NCBI GenBank assembly: GCA_965612865.1
Contig: CBFDTJ010000007.1
Coordinates: 1-38,135, forward strand
Source of the DNA: an uncultured bacterium
GTDB taxonomy: Bacteria > Caldisericota > Caldisericia > B22-G15
Direction of reading: 5' to 3'
Length of the DNA stretch: 38,135 nucleotides
Made by a program: the position numbers and the translations under genes. Positions 1 through 9,280 of this stretch are shown here, in pieces (the stretch's first letter is position 1; each line of letters begins with the position of its first letter). The notes under the pieces were generated by a model. The model made no database searches. It had not been told where the DNA came from and saw only the letters and a list, made by a program, of their open reading frames with translations.

Positions 1-27
1 CCATCCTCCTAAAAAATAAATTTTAAA

Positions 28-3000
28 TTAGGGACTTTTTCTATAAATTATTGTCACTGTCTTTGTTGCTCCATCCCATTTGACTTCACACCCAAGATTC
101 TCTGCAACAAATCTTACAGGAAGCATTGTCCTACCTTTTATTATTATTGGTTTAACTTTTGGATTGTTTGGGTCAATCATCTTTTCGACTCCGTTTACTC
201 TTGCTGTACTTCTACCAATCCATAATTCTATAAACACATCACCAAGGGATACTGTAACTTTCTTCTCTGTTCCATCCCATCCTACAGTTGCACCAAGAGG
301 TTCTGCTACCCATCTTATTGGAAGTAAGGTTCTTCCTTCAACTATTGTTGGAGGAACATCAATTTGAACAGGTATATTGTTTACCAGCATGGTGGTGTTA
401 CCTATCTGGAGTTTAATTTCTATCTCTTCACTTTGGGTTCTTAATACAACCTTTTTCTTTAACTTTACAACATCCCCTGCTTTATTCTTCACAGTTATTG
501 TTATTATGTTATCTCCTGGAGAAAGGTTTACAGTAGCTGTAAACTTCCCATTTTCTTCTACTTTTATCTCCTTCCCGTTTATTAAAACAATTGAATCGGG
601 ATCCACAGAGCCGCTGAAGGTAAATTTCTCATTATTCACAATTTCACCATCAGTTATATCAACTGTAATAAAAAGCTCTTTGGGGGTCACTGAGACTTCT
701 TGCAGTGCTGAAGAGATGGTTCCATCTTTATACACTGCTTTACATACATAGAAATATAAAACTCCATTTTCCAAATCATTATCTATATAATGATTGGTTA
801 AAACAGGGGATTGATTGATTGGATCCTCTGAATACTCTCCAGACACCTTTGATCTATAAATGTAATACCCCTTTAAATCTTTTTGGAATTTAGGAGGAGT
901 CCATTCAAGATATACTTTTTTATCTCCAGGATATGCTTTTAAATTAAATGGCGAAATATATTCCCCTGAGATACTTATTCTTACTTCATCTGATGCTTCA
1001 CTCTCATTCTCTTTTATATCAAAGGCTTTCACTATATAGTAGTATGTCCTTCCTATTTCCACATCCTCATCTAAGTAGGTATTTTCTGTTGCCTTAACTG
1101 AAGCAATCTTGGTAAAGTCTCCTTGAGATATTAGGCTTCTATATATGTTGTATCCACCAATAAGATTTGAGCCAAGTTTAGAATGATCCCATTTTAAAAG
1201 AATTCCACTTTTCACAATTTTAAGAGATAAGTTCTTGGGAGGAGAGGGGGGATTGAATTCCTCTTTACTTTTGAAATTTAAAGTAAATGTTATGGTATCC
1301 TTTTTATTCAAAATTTGGGTTTTTTGAGGAGTTATTGAAGAAAGACTGGAATTTTCTGGACCACCAGAAATGTAAGAGATAGTATATTTTCCAGTGGAAA
1401 CTCTGTAAAAATCTTTAGGAACTGAGTCCCCATAAAGGTTCTCTGGTCCAGAAATTGTATAATTTATACTTCCTTTCCATTCTTTTCCATCAAGAGTTGC
1501 TTTAACAGATATATTTCCATAAAGGGGAGACAGAATTGAAAAATATCCATCAGACTCGTCTCTAAGAATCCATGAATTATTTTTTGGGTTATAATTTTCT
1601 ATCCTGATTTTACACTCTTGAGAGGAAACATCAGGAACAGTCCAGGTATAAGAATTATCATTGATAGATAAGTTTGAAGCTATCAAACTCCACTTTTCTC
1701 CATCAAAGAGATATATTCTTATCTTACCTTTTGTAAGATTTGAGGAGTTCCATTTTATATTTACAGTGTCCTCAGAGTTAAAAGACTCTCCACCATTTGG
1801 ATAAAGCACCTCTATCTGTGATGAGGGGGATCCAGGAGAAAGAACTGCCCTAAAACATATGTTAAATCCAGATTTTGAGGTATCATTCCATTTGTCATTT
1901 TCGTTTAATTTCATGAATGTAGCGTTTTCCTGGATAGGTGGATTAGCTCTAACAGTTCCATCATCTAAAACATCTTTTTCCTCATATGCTATTGGATAAT
2001 AGTAACCTGGGGTTGTAACCTTAGCAACTAATGTAAATTTTTGACCCTTTTTAAGTGGTATAGGATCTTTTAAAGGAACAGTATAATAACCTGTATAGGA
2101 GCATGAAAATTCTTTACGGCTCAAAAGAGTGCTTCCAAAGAAATCATCATAAACATATATATCATATGTTGCATAATCACTTGTGCTCCAGAAACTTACT
2201 GCCTCAAGGAAGCTTTCTTCCTCCGCAGTATAAACGCTTGCCATCCAAGCCGTTTCACTCTCTACATTTGGATATCCCCTATCATAAACCCAGCCTGCTT
2301 CATCCCAGTAAAGAAGTTTCTTGTTTCTATTGCATTTTTCATAGTTAAAGTAGTATAGCCGTCCTATTCCACCAGAATTGTATGCAATATAGAAATAACC
2401 GTCGTTTCCCCAGTTCTCTCCCCAGCTATTTCTGCATATCCATGCTCCTTTACCAGAATGACCGGGATCCGGGTGAGGTACATCATCGTCCCATCCTACT
2501 ATAATTATGCAATGGTTGGTATCTTCGTCACATAGATAGTAATCATAAATAGTACCATATGTTGGATCATTATAGTATTTATCATCATCATTATAAAAAC
2601 AGGTCACCAATGGTCCATAATTGTAAATAGCCTTCTTTATGGCTTCTATATTATCAGCATTCATTATTATGTTTACTCCGTTAACTCTAAAAATAGGTTC
2701 ACAAGAACCAACCGAACAGCTACTTCCACATTTAAGTTTAGATGGATTAAAAGGATTACAACTTTCAAGGGTTACTCCCTTTCTTATAAAAACTTCAGAT
2801 GCTTCTGTAATAGAACCTGGTGAAACATAGGGATCGTCCTCTTCATCGAAATGAGATTCTCTTGAAGGATCAACATTTAAAACCACATCCTGTTCTGAAA
2901 AATCATACTCTACTCCCTCATTTATAAGAATCTCTGATTCTAAAGCTCCAATAGAAGAGAATACCCAGCATAGATTGCTATCAAGCTGATCCTTTACAGG

Positions 3001-4830
3001 TGTAACTCCTCCATAGTCTCTCCAATCAAAATAAGAGGGGAGTTGTTCTTTCTTTTCAAACTTAAAATATTCATAATAATACTGATCGTCGTTTGGATAG
3101 TAATCAAATTTATCGTTAATTTGATCATATATTCCAACCCAGTACTCAAAATCCTCACCGAAGTATTTTCTCTGCAATGTTATTGTAGCTTCTTTAGAAT
3201 TATCTTCTATTTCATAAATTTCAAACTCCCCTATTTTTTGCCAGCTCTGGTTCTTCCATTCATATATATTATGAGAAAAAATCCCTCCATCATTTCCTAA
3301 AGCAACAAGCATATCTTCGCCATTCCAGCCCTCTATTAAAGCACCAGTTCCAGAATCCTTATCAAGGTTAAAATAAATGGCGATATGAAAATCTGTCTTG
3401 TAGCTTTTCCATTCTCTATAGGTGGTTATTTTAAAGCTTATAGAGTTTTCATCAAATTTAATAAAGCAATCCTTTAAGTCTATGTCATATTTTTCATCTA
3501 TATCTGTCCACTGAAGCTGAAAACCTGTAGAAATTGGGGGCTTTTTCTTTCCTTTAATCTTTACTATGTATAAATTTACACTATTCCATCTATCCATGCC
3601 CTTTTTTATCAAAAACTTTGTTCCTTTGCTATCCATATATCTTGTTGTGCCAATACTTGAAGCAAATGTGCTGCCAGCTACCTTAACATATGTATATTCC
3701 CATGGCAGATTCTCAGTTTTATCATTTAAGAGTGTCAAATCCTCATCATTGGTTAAGTCTTTAATATATACTTTGTTAATTTCTAAATATGAATTTGAAC
3801 TTATATAAACAACTTTATTTCCATCCTCTATCATCTGGGGTCTTCCAAAAATTCTGGAATAAACTGAATTACCCTCGTAATTTTTCACAGTGGCAATCAC
3901 AGAACTATCTAATGTATTGATTATTTTGTACTGGACTTCATCAGAATCATTTATATCTTCACATCTTAACCCTACAGTCTTCCCGGTAGTTGAAATATGA
4001 TAATCACCGCCTCCATATTTACCAAGAATTGTGCCAGCGGGACTTATATTTTTTAAACCAGAACCATCTGAGTTCATGAGGTAGAGAACATACGGACTGT
4101 TATAATCATCTTCTTCCCTTCCACAGAATATAACCTTCTCTCCATTTCCACTTACTACGGGGTCTCCTCCAAGGGTATATTTAAAAGAATCGAAGTGAAG
4201 TATAGAGAAGGGTCCAGAACCACTTTTATCTGTTTTTGCAATGCAACTATCCCAGATATCAAAGTACTTGAAACTTATAGCGGTAACTATTACGCTTCCA
4301 TCATAAGATATAGAGGGGGTTCCAATAATATACACATCATAATCATAATCTTTTTTGGAAAGGTCTTTAAAATCAACAATTTCTGGTCCCTGCCAATCTG
4401 TTCCACTGAAGTTATATATAAGTAAGTACCTTCCCATCCACTCTCCTGGTAATTCTTCTACAGAGAAAGCAACTGTATTTCCATCTCCGCTTATTGCAGG
4501 GGTGCATGTGGACTGGAGTCTAAAATGTATGTTTGGGTTTTTAGGATCAGTTAACTTTCCACTTTCGAATAAAAGACTTTCGCCCGAACCATCAGAGTTG
4601 ACAACAAAAACTGATGCACCTGTGGATTCTTCAACTACATATACAACTCTATTTCCAGATGAAGAAATTACAGCCTCGGATATATTTTTAGGTTCGTTCC
4701 TGGTTAGAAGAATGAATTCCACTTGAGTATTCGGTGGCTCTTCATTTAAAACCCCGCTACTCTCCGCCAAAGCAATTGAAGGGAAGAGGAGCAAAATCAT
4801 AACTAATAAAATTATGCTCTTTCTTCTCAT
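28..4830 (-). CDS. Large secreted multidomain protein: signal peptide, TolB-like beta-propeller region, papain-family (C1A) cysteine protease, lectin-like domain, Ig-like and 2 FN3 domains, C-terminal copper amine oxidase N-terminal (stalk) domain
   Basis: 1600-aa ORF with RBS AGGAGG and N-terminal signal peptide (MRRKSIILLVMILLLFPSIALA). C1A motifs: LPSYFDWRD, VKDQ..CWVFS (Gln/Cys), NHCIIIVGWDD (His), RNSWGENWGNDGYF (Asn). FN3 motifs: PSPPKNL..GYNIYRS..YYYIVKAFD. Stalk motif occurs twice: GRTLLPIRWVAEPLGATVGWD and GRTMLPVRFVAENLGCEVKWD. Confidence 0.85.
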   Translation of the reverse strand: MRRKSIILLVMILLLFPSIALAESSGVLNEEPPNTQVEFILLTRNEPKNISEAVISSSGNRVVYVVEESTGASVFVVNSDGSGESLLFESGKLTDPKNPNIHFRLQSTCTPAISGDGNTVAFSVEELPGEWMGRYLLIYNFSGTDWQGPEIVDFKDLSKKDYDYDVYIIGTPSISYDGSVIVTAISFKYFDIWDSCIAKTDKSGSGPFSILHFDSFKYTLGGDPVVSGNGEKVIFCGREEDDYNSPYVLYLMNSDGSGLKNISPAGTILGKYGGGDYHISTTGKTVGLRCEDINDSDEVQYKIINTLDSSVIATVKNYEGNSVYSRIFGRPQMIEDGNKVVYISSNSYLEINKVYIKDLTNDEDLTLLNDKTENLPWEYTYVKVAGSTFASSIGTTRYMDSKGTKFLIKKGMDRWNSVNLYIVKIKGKKKPPISTGFQLQWTDIDEKYDIDLKDCFIKFDENSISFKITTYREWKSYKTDFHIAIYFNLDKDSGTGALIEGWNGEDMLVALGNDGGIFSHNIYEWKNQSWQKIGEFEIYEIEDNSKEATITLQRKYFGEDFEYWVGIYDQINDKFDYYPNDDQYYYEYFKFEKKEQLPSYFDWRDYGGVTPVKDQLDSNLCWVFSSIGALESEILINEGVEYDFSEQDVVLNVDPSRESHFDEEDDPYVSPGSITEASEVFIRKGVTLESCNPFNPSKLKCGSSCSVGSCEPIFRVNGVNIIMNADNIEAIKKAIYNYGPLVTCFYNDDDKYYNDPTYGTIYDYYLCDEDTNHCIIIVGWDDDVPHPDPGHSGKGAWICRNSWGENWGNDGYFYIAYNSGGIGRLYYFNYEKCNRNKKLLYWDEAGWVYDRGYPNVESETAWMASVYTAEEESFLEAVSFWSTSDYATYDIYVYDDFFGSTLLSRKEFSCSYTGYYTVPLKDPIPLKKGQKFTLVAKVTTPGYYYPIAYEEKDVLDDGTVRANPPIQENATFMKLNENDKWNDTSKSGFNICFRAVLSPGSPSSQIEVLYPNGGESFNSEDTVNIKWNSSNLTKGKIRIYLFDGEKWSLIASNLSINDNSYTWTVPDVSSQECKIRIENYNPKNNSWILRDESDGYFSILSPLYGNISVKATLDGKEWKGSINYTISGPENLYGDSVPKDFYRVSTGKYTISYISGGPENSSLSSITPQKTQILNKKDTITFTLNFKSKEEFNPPSPPKNLSLKIVKSGILLKWDHSKLGSNLIGGYNIYRSLISQGDFTKIASVKATENTYLDEDVEIGRTYYYIVKAFDIKENESEASDEVRISISGEYISPFNLKAYPGDKKVYLEWTPPKFQKDLKGYYIYRSKVSGEYSEDPINQSPVLTNHYIDNDLENGVLYFYVCKAVYKDGTISSALQEVSVTPKELFITVDITDGEIVNNEKFTFSGSVDPDSIVLINGKEIKVEENGKFTATVNLSPGDNIITITVKNKAGDVVKLKKKVVLRTQSEEIEIKLQIGNTTMLVNNIPVQIDVPPTIVEGRTLLPIRWVAEPLGATVGWDGTEKKVTVSLGDVFIELWIGRSTARVNGVEKMIDPNNPKVKPIIIKGRTMLPVRFVAENLGCEVKWDGATKTVTIIYRKSP

Positions 4831-4911
4831 CCTATCCTCCTGGAAATTAAGGACCGGAAATCTTTCCCCCAGAGAAAAGACACCTATCCTCTTGCTAATT
4901 TTTTCATTTTA

Positions 4912-4920
4912 ATTATAACA
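4912..4920 (-). promoter_or_regulatory. Extended -10 promoter (TGnTATAAT) for the 1600-aa protease gene
   Basis: Minus strand reads TGTTATAAT about 80 nt upstream of the ATG, immediately after the xth stop codon. Confidence 0.5.
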
Positions 4921-4922
4921 TA

Positions 4923-5693
4923 TCAATCTTTAAAAATAGAGACGACGGGAGTATGATCTGAAGGTTTTTCAAGCTCCCTTGGTTCAACATCTATATATGA
5001 ATCAATTAAAACCTTTATAAGCGGCTCTGTAACAAAGATGTAATCAATTCTCATGCCTTTATTCTTTTTAAAGGCATTCCTTCTATAATCCCAGAAACTA
5101 AACTCCTTCTTGTCTGGATTTTTATACCTGAATGTGTCATAAAAGCCCCAGCTAAGAAATTCCTTTAATTTCTCCCTTTCCTCTGGCAAAAGTCCAATTT
5201 CACCAATTAGATCCATCTCATCATAAACATCCATGTCAGTTAATACAACATTAAAATCTCCACAAAGAATGATCTTTTCATCCGGTTTGTGAAATCTATT
5301 AAAGTACATTCTGAGTCTATTAAAAAATCTCATTTTATATTTAAATCTCTCACTTCCCACACTTCCTCCAAGTGGAACATAAACACTAACGATGGTTAAA
5401 TCTCTGAATTTAGCACTTATAAGCCTTTTCTCATTATCTTCTTCTCCGTCAAGAAAACCAGCACTTTCGAAATCAGGTTCATCTTTAGAGAGAATACTAA
5501 CTCCATTTCTTCCCCCTTCTCCAGAAAACACACTGTTATAACCTACTCTTTTTAGCTCTTCTTTTGGAAACTCCTCATCCCTTACTTTCGTCTCCTGGAG
5601 ACAGAGAAAATCGGGCTCAACTTTTCTAAGCCAGCTGGTTAGAATCTTCATCCTCATCTTTATGGAGTTAATATTCCACGTTGCCACAATCAT
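4923..5693 (-). CDS. xth: Exodeoxyribonuclease III (AP endonuclease)
   Basis: Motifs ATWNINS, CLQETK, CGDFN, RIDYIF, PSDHTPV. Start moved to ATG 5693 (MIVATWN) because the family N-terminus begins there. Confidence 0.93.
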   Translation of the reverse strand: MIVATWNINSIKMRMKILTSWLRKVEPDFLCLQETKVRDEEFPKEELKRVGYNSVFSGEGGRNGVSILSKDEPDFESAGFLDGEEDNEKRLISAKFRDLTIVSVYVPLGGSVGSERFKYKMRFFNRLRMYFNRFHKPDEKIILCGDFNVVLTDMDVYDEMDLIGEIGLLPEEREKLKEFLSWGFYDTFRYKNPDKKEFSFWDYRRNAFKKNKGMRIDYIFVTEPLIKVLIDSYIDVEPRELEKPSDHTPVVSIFKD

Positions 5694-5700
5694 CAAAAGA

Positions 5701-5709
5701 ATTATATCA
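5701..5709 (-). promoter_or_regulatory. Extended -10 promoter for xth (probably leaderless mRNA)
   Basis: Minus strand TGATATAAT, then 7 nt, then ATG; no Shine-Dalgarno sequence. Confidence 0.6.
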
Positions 5710-5728
5710 GAAAGAAAATCGCCCTTAC

Positions 5729-5756
5729 TTGACAAGAGGGAAGATTTCCATATAAT
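5729..5756 (+). promoter_or_regulatory. Sigma70 promoter of tRNA-Ile
   Basis: TTGACA (5729-5734), 16-nt spacer, TATAAT (5751-5756), directly upstream of the tRNA. Confidence 0.8.
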
Positions 5757-5768
5757 GATTAATAGAGT

Positions 5769-5845
5769 GGGCCTCTAGCTCAGTTGGTTAGAGCGCATCC
5801 CTGATAAGGATGAGGTCTCTGGTTCGAGTCCAGAGAGGCCCACCA
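5769..5845 (+). tRNA. tRNA-Ile (anticodon GAT)
   Basis: Acceptor stem GGGCCTC/GAGGCCC, D arm AGCTCAGTTGGTTAGAGC, anticodon arm CATCC-CTGATAA-GGATG, T loop GGTTCGAGTCC, encoded CCA; 77 nt. Confidence 0.97.
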
Positions 5846-5858
5846 TATCAAATCTCAT

Positions 5859-5887
5859 TTGACCACTTCTTTTTATCTCTGTATAAT
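5859..5887 (+). promoter_or_regulatory. Sigma70 promoter of the DJ-1/PfpI gene
   Basis: TTGACC (5859-5864), 17 nt, TATAAT (5882-5887), then GGAGG RBS and ATG 5907. Confidence 0.7.
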
Positions 5888-5906
5888 ACAATTGGAGGTT
5901 TTGGAA

Positions 5907-6518
5907 ATGAAACAAGCTTTGGCTTTATTTTTAATTTTAATTATTTTATTCTCATCTTATTCATGCTCAGGAGGTGGGAAAATGGAAAAATTGAAAGGAA
6001 AGAAAATAGTCATGATCATTGCACCAGAAAACTTTAGAGACGAAGAATATCAGATACCAAAAGAAATATTTGAAAGTTACGGAATATCTGTAACCACTGC
6101 ATCCACAAGAACTGGTAAGGCAAGAGGAATGCTTGGAGCAGAGGTAAGTGTAGAATACACAATACTTGACTTAAGACCATCAGATTTTGATGCAGTTGTT
6201 GTGGTTGGAGGTGGTGGTTCCAAGGTTTATTTATGGAACAGCCCTGAGTTAATAAATTTTGTAAAGAAAGCCTATGAACTGGAAAAAATTGTCGCAGCAA
6301 TATGTCTTTCACCAGCAGTACTTGCTAAAAGTGGTATCTTAAAAGACAAAAAAGCAACTATCTATCCTGACAGAGAAGCTATAGAGCTACTTAAAGAGAA
6401 CGGCGCAAATTACACAGGAAAAGGTGTGGAAGTGGATGGAAGGGTAGTTACTGCAAATGGTCCAAAAATGGCGAAACAATTTGCAGAGGAGATCGTTAAA
6501 TTATTAGAAAAAGAATAG
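5907..6518 (+). CDS. DJ-1/PfpI family protein with N-terminal lipoprotein-like signal peptide; alternative internal start at 5982
   Basis: Motifs FRDEEY, DFDAVVVVGGGG, AAICLSP (nucleophile Cys), DGRVVTANGP. GGAGG RBS before ATG 5907; hydrophobic leader ending SSYSC. Confidence 0.88.
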   Translation: MKQALALFLILIILFSSYSCSGGGKMEKLKGKKIVMIIAPENFRDEEYQIPKEIFESYGISVTTASTRTGKARGMLGAEVSVEYTILDLRPSDFDAVVVVGGGGSKVYLWNSPELINFVKKAYELEKIVAAICLSPAVLAKSGILKDKKATIYPDREAIELLKENGANYTGKGVEVDGRVVTANGPKMAKQFAEEIVKLLEKE

Positions 6519-6535
6519 TTAAAGGAGGTTAGTCT

Positions 6536-7480
6536 ATGAAAAAAACCTTGATCTTGGTTCTTACAATTTCACTTTTAGCTCTCTCCTTCTCTTATGGATG
6601 TGGTCCTAAAAAGCCTGAGACGGGAAAGATTAAAGGAATAGTAACTGATTCCAATGGAAATCCAGTGGCAGAAGCAACTGTTGTTCTTGAAGGAGGAGAA
6701 GGGATTGGAAATACAGACACAACCCTTGATGATGGAACCTTTTTAATTGAAGCTGCACCTGGTACATACACACTTAAAGTGGAAAAGGAAGGCTTTGAAA
6801 TAATCGAGAGAACCGTGGAAATTAAAGCTGGTGAAACAGTAGAAACCTCTCTTACTATAAAGAAGAAAGAGGAGAAACCAGTATTTAAATCACCTACAGA
6901 CCTTAAAAGTTATCATATTATAATTTACGCTGGACCAAAAAAAGAAGAGGCAGGGAAAGTTTTTGAACTATGGAAAGATGACAATGGCGATAAAATCAGA
7001 GTTGTTGCCCTTCAGGATAAACAGAACTCTGTGGAAGTAATAAAGGTTGGGGATGACTATGCAATGAAGGTTGGAGATGCATGGAGTAAGAATCAACCAG
7101 GTTTAAAGGAATTCTTTAATAACCTCCTTACCAATTTTGAGCAGGAATTTGAAGCATCAAAAGGTGCCTTGAGAGACCTTGAAAATTACACATCAGAAAC
7201 TGCCCCGTTCCTTCCCTTTGAGTACAAAATTGAAAAACTTGGAAACAAAATGGTAAACGGATACAAATCAACCGGATACAGAATTGCGATAGTGCCGAAG
7301 GAAGGGAATGAATTAAAAGAGCCAGCAGTTGATATGGAAATCTGGGCAATATCAACAGGAAAGTATAAAGATTATATAACAAAGCAGGATATTGTTTTCA
7401 CATCTCAGGATGGATCAACTTATTATTATGGATACAATTTTCTTGACATAGGAGAAGAACAAAATATAATTATGCCGTAG
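6536..7480 (+). CDS. Lipoprotein with carboxypeptidase-regulatory-like (Ig/transthyretin-like) domain and unknown C-terminal domain
   Basis: AGGAGG RBS; lipobox FSYGC; domain pattern GKIKGIVTDSNGNPVAEATV..DDGTF..PGTYTLKVEKEGF. Confidence 0.75.
   Translation: MKKTLILVLTISLLALSFSYGCGPKKPETGKIKGIVTDSNGNPVAEATVVLEGGEGIGNTDTTLDDGTFLIEAAPGTYTLKVEKEGFEIIERTVEIKAGETVETSLTIKKKEEKPVFKSPTDLKSYHIIIYAGPKKEEAGKVFELWKDDNGDKIRVVALQDKQNSVEVIKVGDDYAMKVGDAWSKNQPGLKEFFNNLLTNFEQEFEASKGALRDLENYTSETAPFLPFEYKIEKLGNKMVNGYKSTGYRIAIVPKEGNELKEPAVDMEIWAISTGKYKDYITKQDIVFTSQDGSTYYYGYNFLDIGEEQNIIMP
7443..7470 (+). promoter_or_regulatory. Consensus sigma70 promoter inside the 3' end of the lipoprotein gene
   Basis: TTGACA (7443-7448), 16 nt, TATAAT (7465-7470). 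Confidence 0.5.
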
Positions 7481-7482
7481 TT

Positions 7483-7506
7483 AAGCCCCGAAAGGGGCTT
7501 TTTTTT
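7483..7506 (+). terminator. Intrinsic terminator
   Basis: AAGCCCC-GAAA-GGGGCTT hairpin followed by a T tract, just after the stop codon at 7480. Confidence 0.85.
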
Positions 7507-7542
7507 ATTGAAAAATATTGTAAAATAGAGGAGGAGGTGAGT

Positions 7543-7794
7543 ATGCTTGAGATAAAAATTAGCCTTACCGAAGAATTGGAAGAAAAATTTCGAGAGGTTG
7601 AGAAAAAAAGAAAAATGAGTAAGGAAGAGATTGTGAGGGAGGCACTTCAAATGTATCTACCAAGAATTCTTAAGGCTCCTCTCATGAATCCGGAGATACT
7701 TAAGGCTGTAGAAACTCAAGAGAAACTTGCATTGGAAGACTCTATAGTATGGGATAGCAGTGAGGTATTAAGAAGATGGAGGGAGACAAAATGA
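7543..7794 (+). CDS. CopG/RHH-type antitoxin (VapB-like)
   Basis: Small ORF with RHH pattern (IKISLTEELEEKF..MSKEEIVREAL); ATGA overlap with the PIN toxin; GGAGGTG RBS. Start is ATG 7543 or GTG 7537. Confidence 0.75.
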   Translation: MLEIKISLTEELEEKFREVEKKRKMSKEEIVREALQMYLPRILKAPLMNPEILKAVETQEKLALEDSIVWDSSEVLRRWRETK

Positions 7795-8231
7795 TTCCAG
7801 AAAGGATAGTAATTGACACTTCTGTTGTATTGAAGTGGTTTAGAAAGGAAAAGATGGAGAAGTATGTTAAGGAATCCAAGAAACTGAGAGATTATTACTT
7901 AAAGGGAATTGTTGAAATAATAATTCCGGACTTTATTTTTTATGAATTTACCAATGTATTAAGATACAAGGTAGACCTTACAGAGGACGAAATATACAAG
8001 GGAGTGAAAAGTTTGTTTAACATGGGTTTTGAAATTAAACATGCTGATCCAGAAACCATAAAAGAAAGTGTTTACATATCCTTTAAATATGCAATACCGA
8101 TAACAGAAGCATATTATATTGCCCTTGCTGATCAGGAAAAGGCATTCCTTGTAACTGCAGATGATCATCTCAAAGAGATTGTTAAAGACAAAAGAAACGT
8201 TCTTCATGTTAAAGAACTAAGTCTCATATGA
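7791..8231 (+). CDS. vapC: PIN-domain toxin (VapC family)
   Basis: VIDTSVVLKWF, YEFTNVL, AYYIALA, LVTAD; start 7791 overlaps the antitoxin stop. Confidence 0.85.
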   Translation: MIPERIVIDTSVVLKWFRKEKMEKYVKESKKLRDYYLKGIVEIIIPDFIFYEFTNVLRYKVDLTEDEIYKGVKSLFNMGFEIKHADPETIKESVYISFKYAIPITEAYYIALADQEKAFLVTADDHLKEIVKDKRNVLHVKELSLI

Positions 8232-8238
8232 GGAAGGC

Positions 8239-9270
8239 ATGAAAGCAATAATTAAAGAAAAGGAGGGGAAGGGTTTTGTTCTCAAAAATGTGGACGAACC
8301 AGAAATAAAGCAACCTGATGAAATACTGATAAAAGTAAAAGCTGCAAGCATATGTGGAACTGATGTTCATATATATGATTGGACTGAGTGGGCTAAAAAT
8401 AGAATCAAACCTCCATTAATAGTTGGACATGAGTTTTCAGGCAAGGTAGTTGAAGTTGGTTCAGAGGTAAAAAGATTCAAACCAGGAGATTTTGTTTCAG
8501 CTGAAACACATATTTATTGTGGTCATTGCAGAATGTGTCTCAACGGAAATCAGGAACTCTGTGAAAATCTAAAAGTTATTGGAGTGGATAGAGATGGTAT
8601 CTTTGCTGAATATGTGGTACTTCCAGAAAGAGTTGTGTGGAAAAATCCTCCAAATATTTCAGAGGAAGTTGCATCTATTCAGGAACCCCTCGGTAATGCT
8701 GTGGATACAGTGCTTGCAGAGGATATATCTGGAAAAAGTGTGGCAATTGTAGGCGTTGGGCCCATTGGTTTAATGGCTGTGGCTCTCTCCAGAGTTCTTG
8801 GAGCAACAAAAATATTTGTTTCAGACTTAAGTGATTATCATCTCAATCTTTCCAGAAAATTGGGTGCAGATGTGACTGTGAATGTAAAGAAAGAATCTTT
8901 TGTTGAGAGAGTAATGGATGAAACAAAAGGAAAGGGTGTAGATGTTGGACTTGAAATGTCTGGAAATGAAGCAGGTTTAAGGGACTTACTAAAAGTTGTC
9001 TCTCCCATTGGAAGAATTTCACTACTTGGAATATTTGATGGAGATGTAAAAATAGACATAACAAATGACGTGGTCCTGAAGAAGTTAAGATTGTATGGAA
9101 TTCATGGAAGAAAAATATTTGGAACATGGTTTAAGGTAAGAGAGCTTCTCTCATCTGGCAAACTTGACATAGCTCCTGTAATAACTCATAAATTTAAGCT
9201 TGAGGATTTTGAAAAGGGCTTTGAGGTTATGAAAAATAAAGAGTCCGGAAAAGTAATTTTAATTCCTTAA
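8239..9270 (+). CDS. tdh: L-threonine 3-dehydrogenase
   Basis: Zn-ADH motifs [29 protein letters not shown]; adjacent to kbl. Confidence 0.92.
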   Translation: MKAIIKEKEGKGFVLKNVDEPEIKQPDEILIKVKAASICGTDVHIYDWTEWAKNRIKPPLIVGHEFSGKVVEVGSEVKRFKPGDFVSAETHIYCGHCRMCLNGNQELCENLKVIGVDRDGIFAEYVVLPERVVWKNPPNISEEVASIQEPLGNAVDTVLAEDISGKSVAIVGVGPIGLMAVALSRVLGATKIFVSDLSDYHLNLSRKLGADVTVNVKKESFVERVMDETKGKGVDVGLEMSGNEAGLRDLLKVVSPIGRISLLGIFDGDVKIDITNDVVLKKLRLYGIHGRKIFGTWFKVRELLSSGKLDIAPVITHKFKLEDFEKGFEVMKNKESGKVILIP

Positions 9271-9280
9271 GGAGGGAAGT

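Noticed and set aside
5694..5735. N-terminal extension of xth given in the ORF track
   Set aside because: It covers promoter elements; the family N-terminus starts at ATG 5693.
5810..6037. 75-aa ORF on the plus strand
   Set aside because: It overlaps the tRNA-Ile and the DJ-1 gene in another frame and has no recognisable features.
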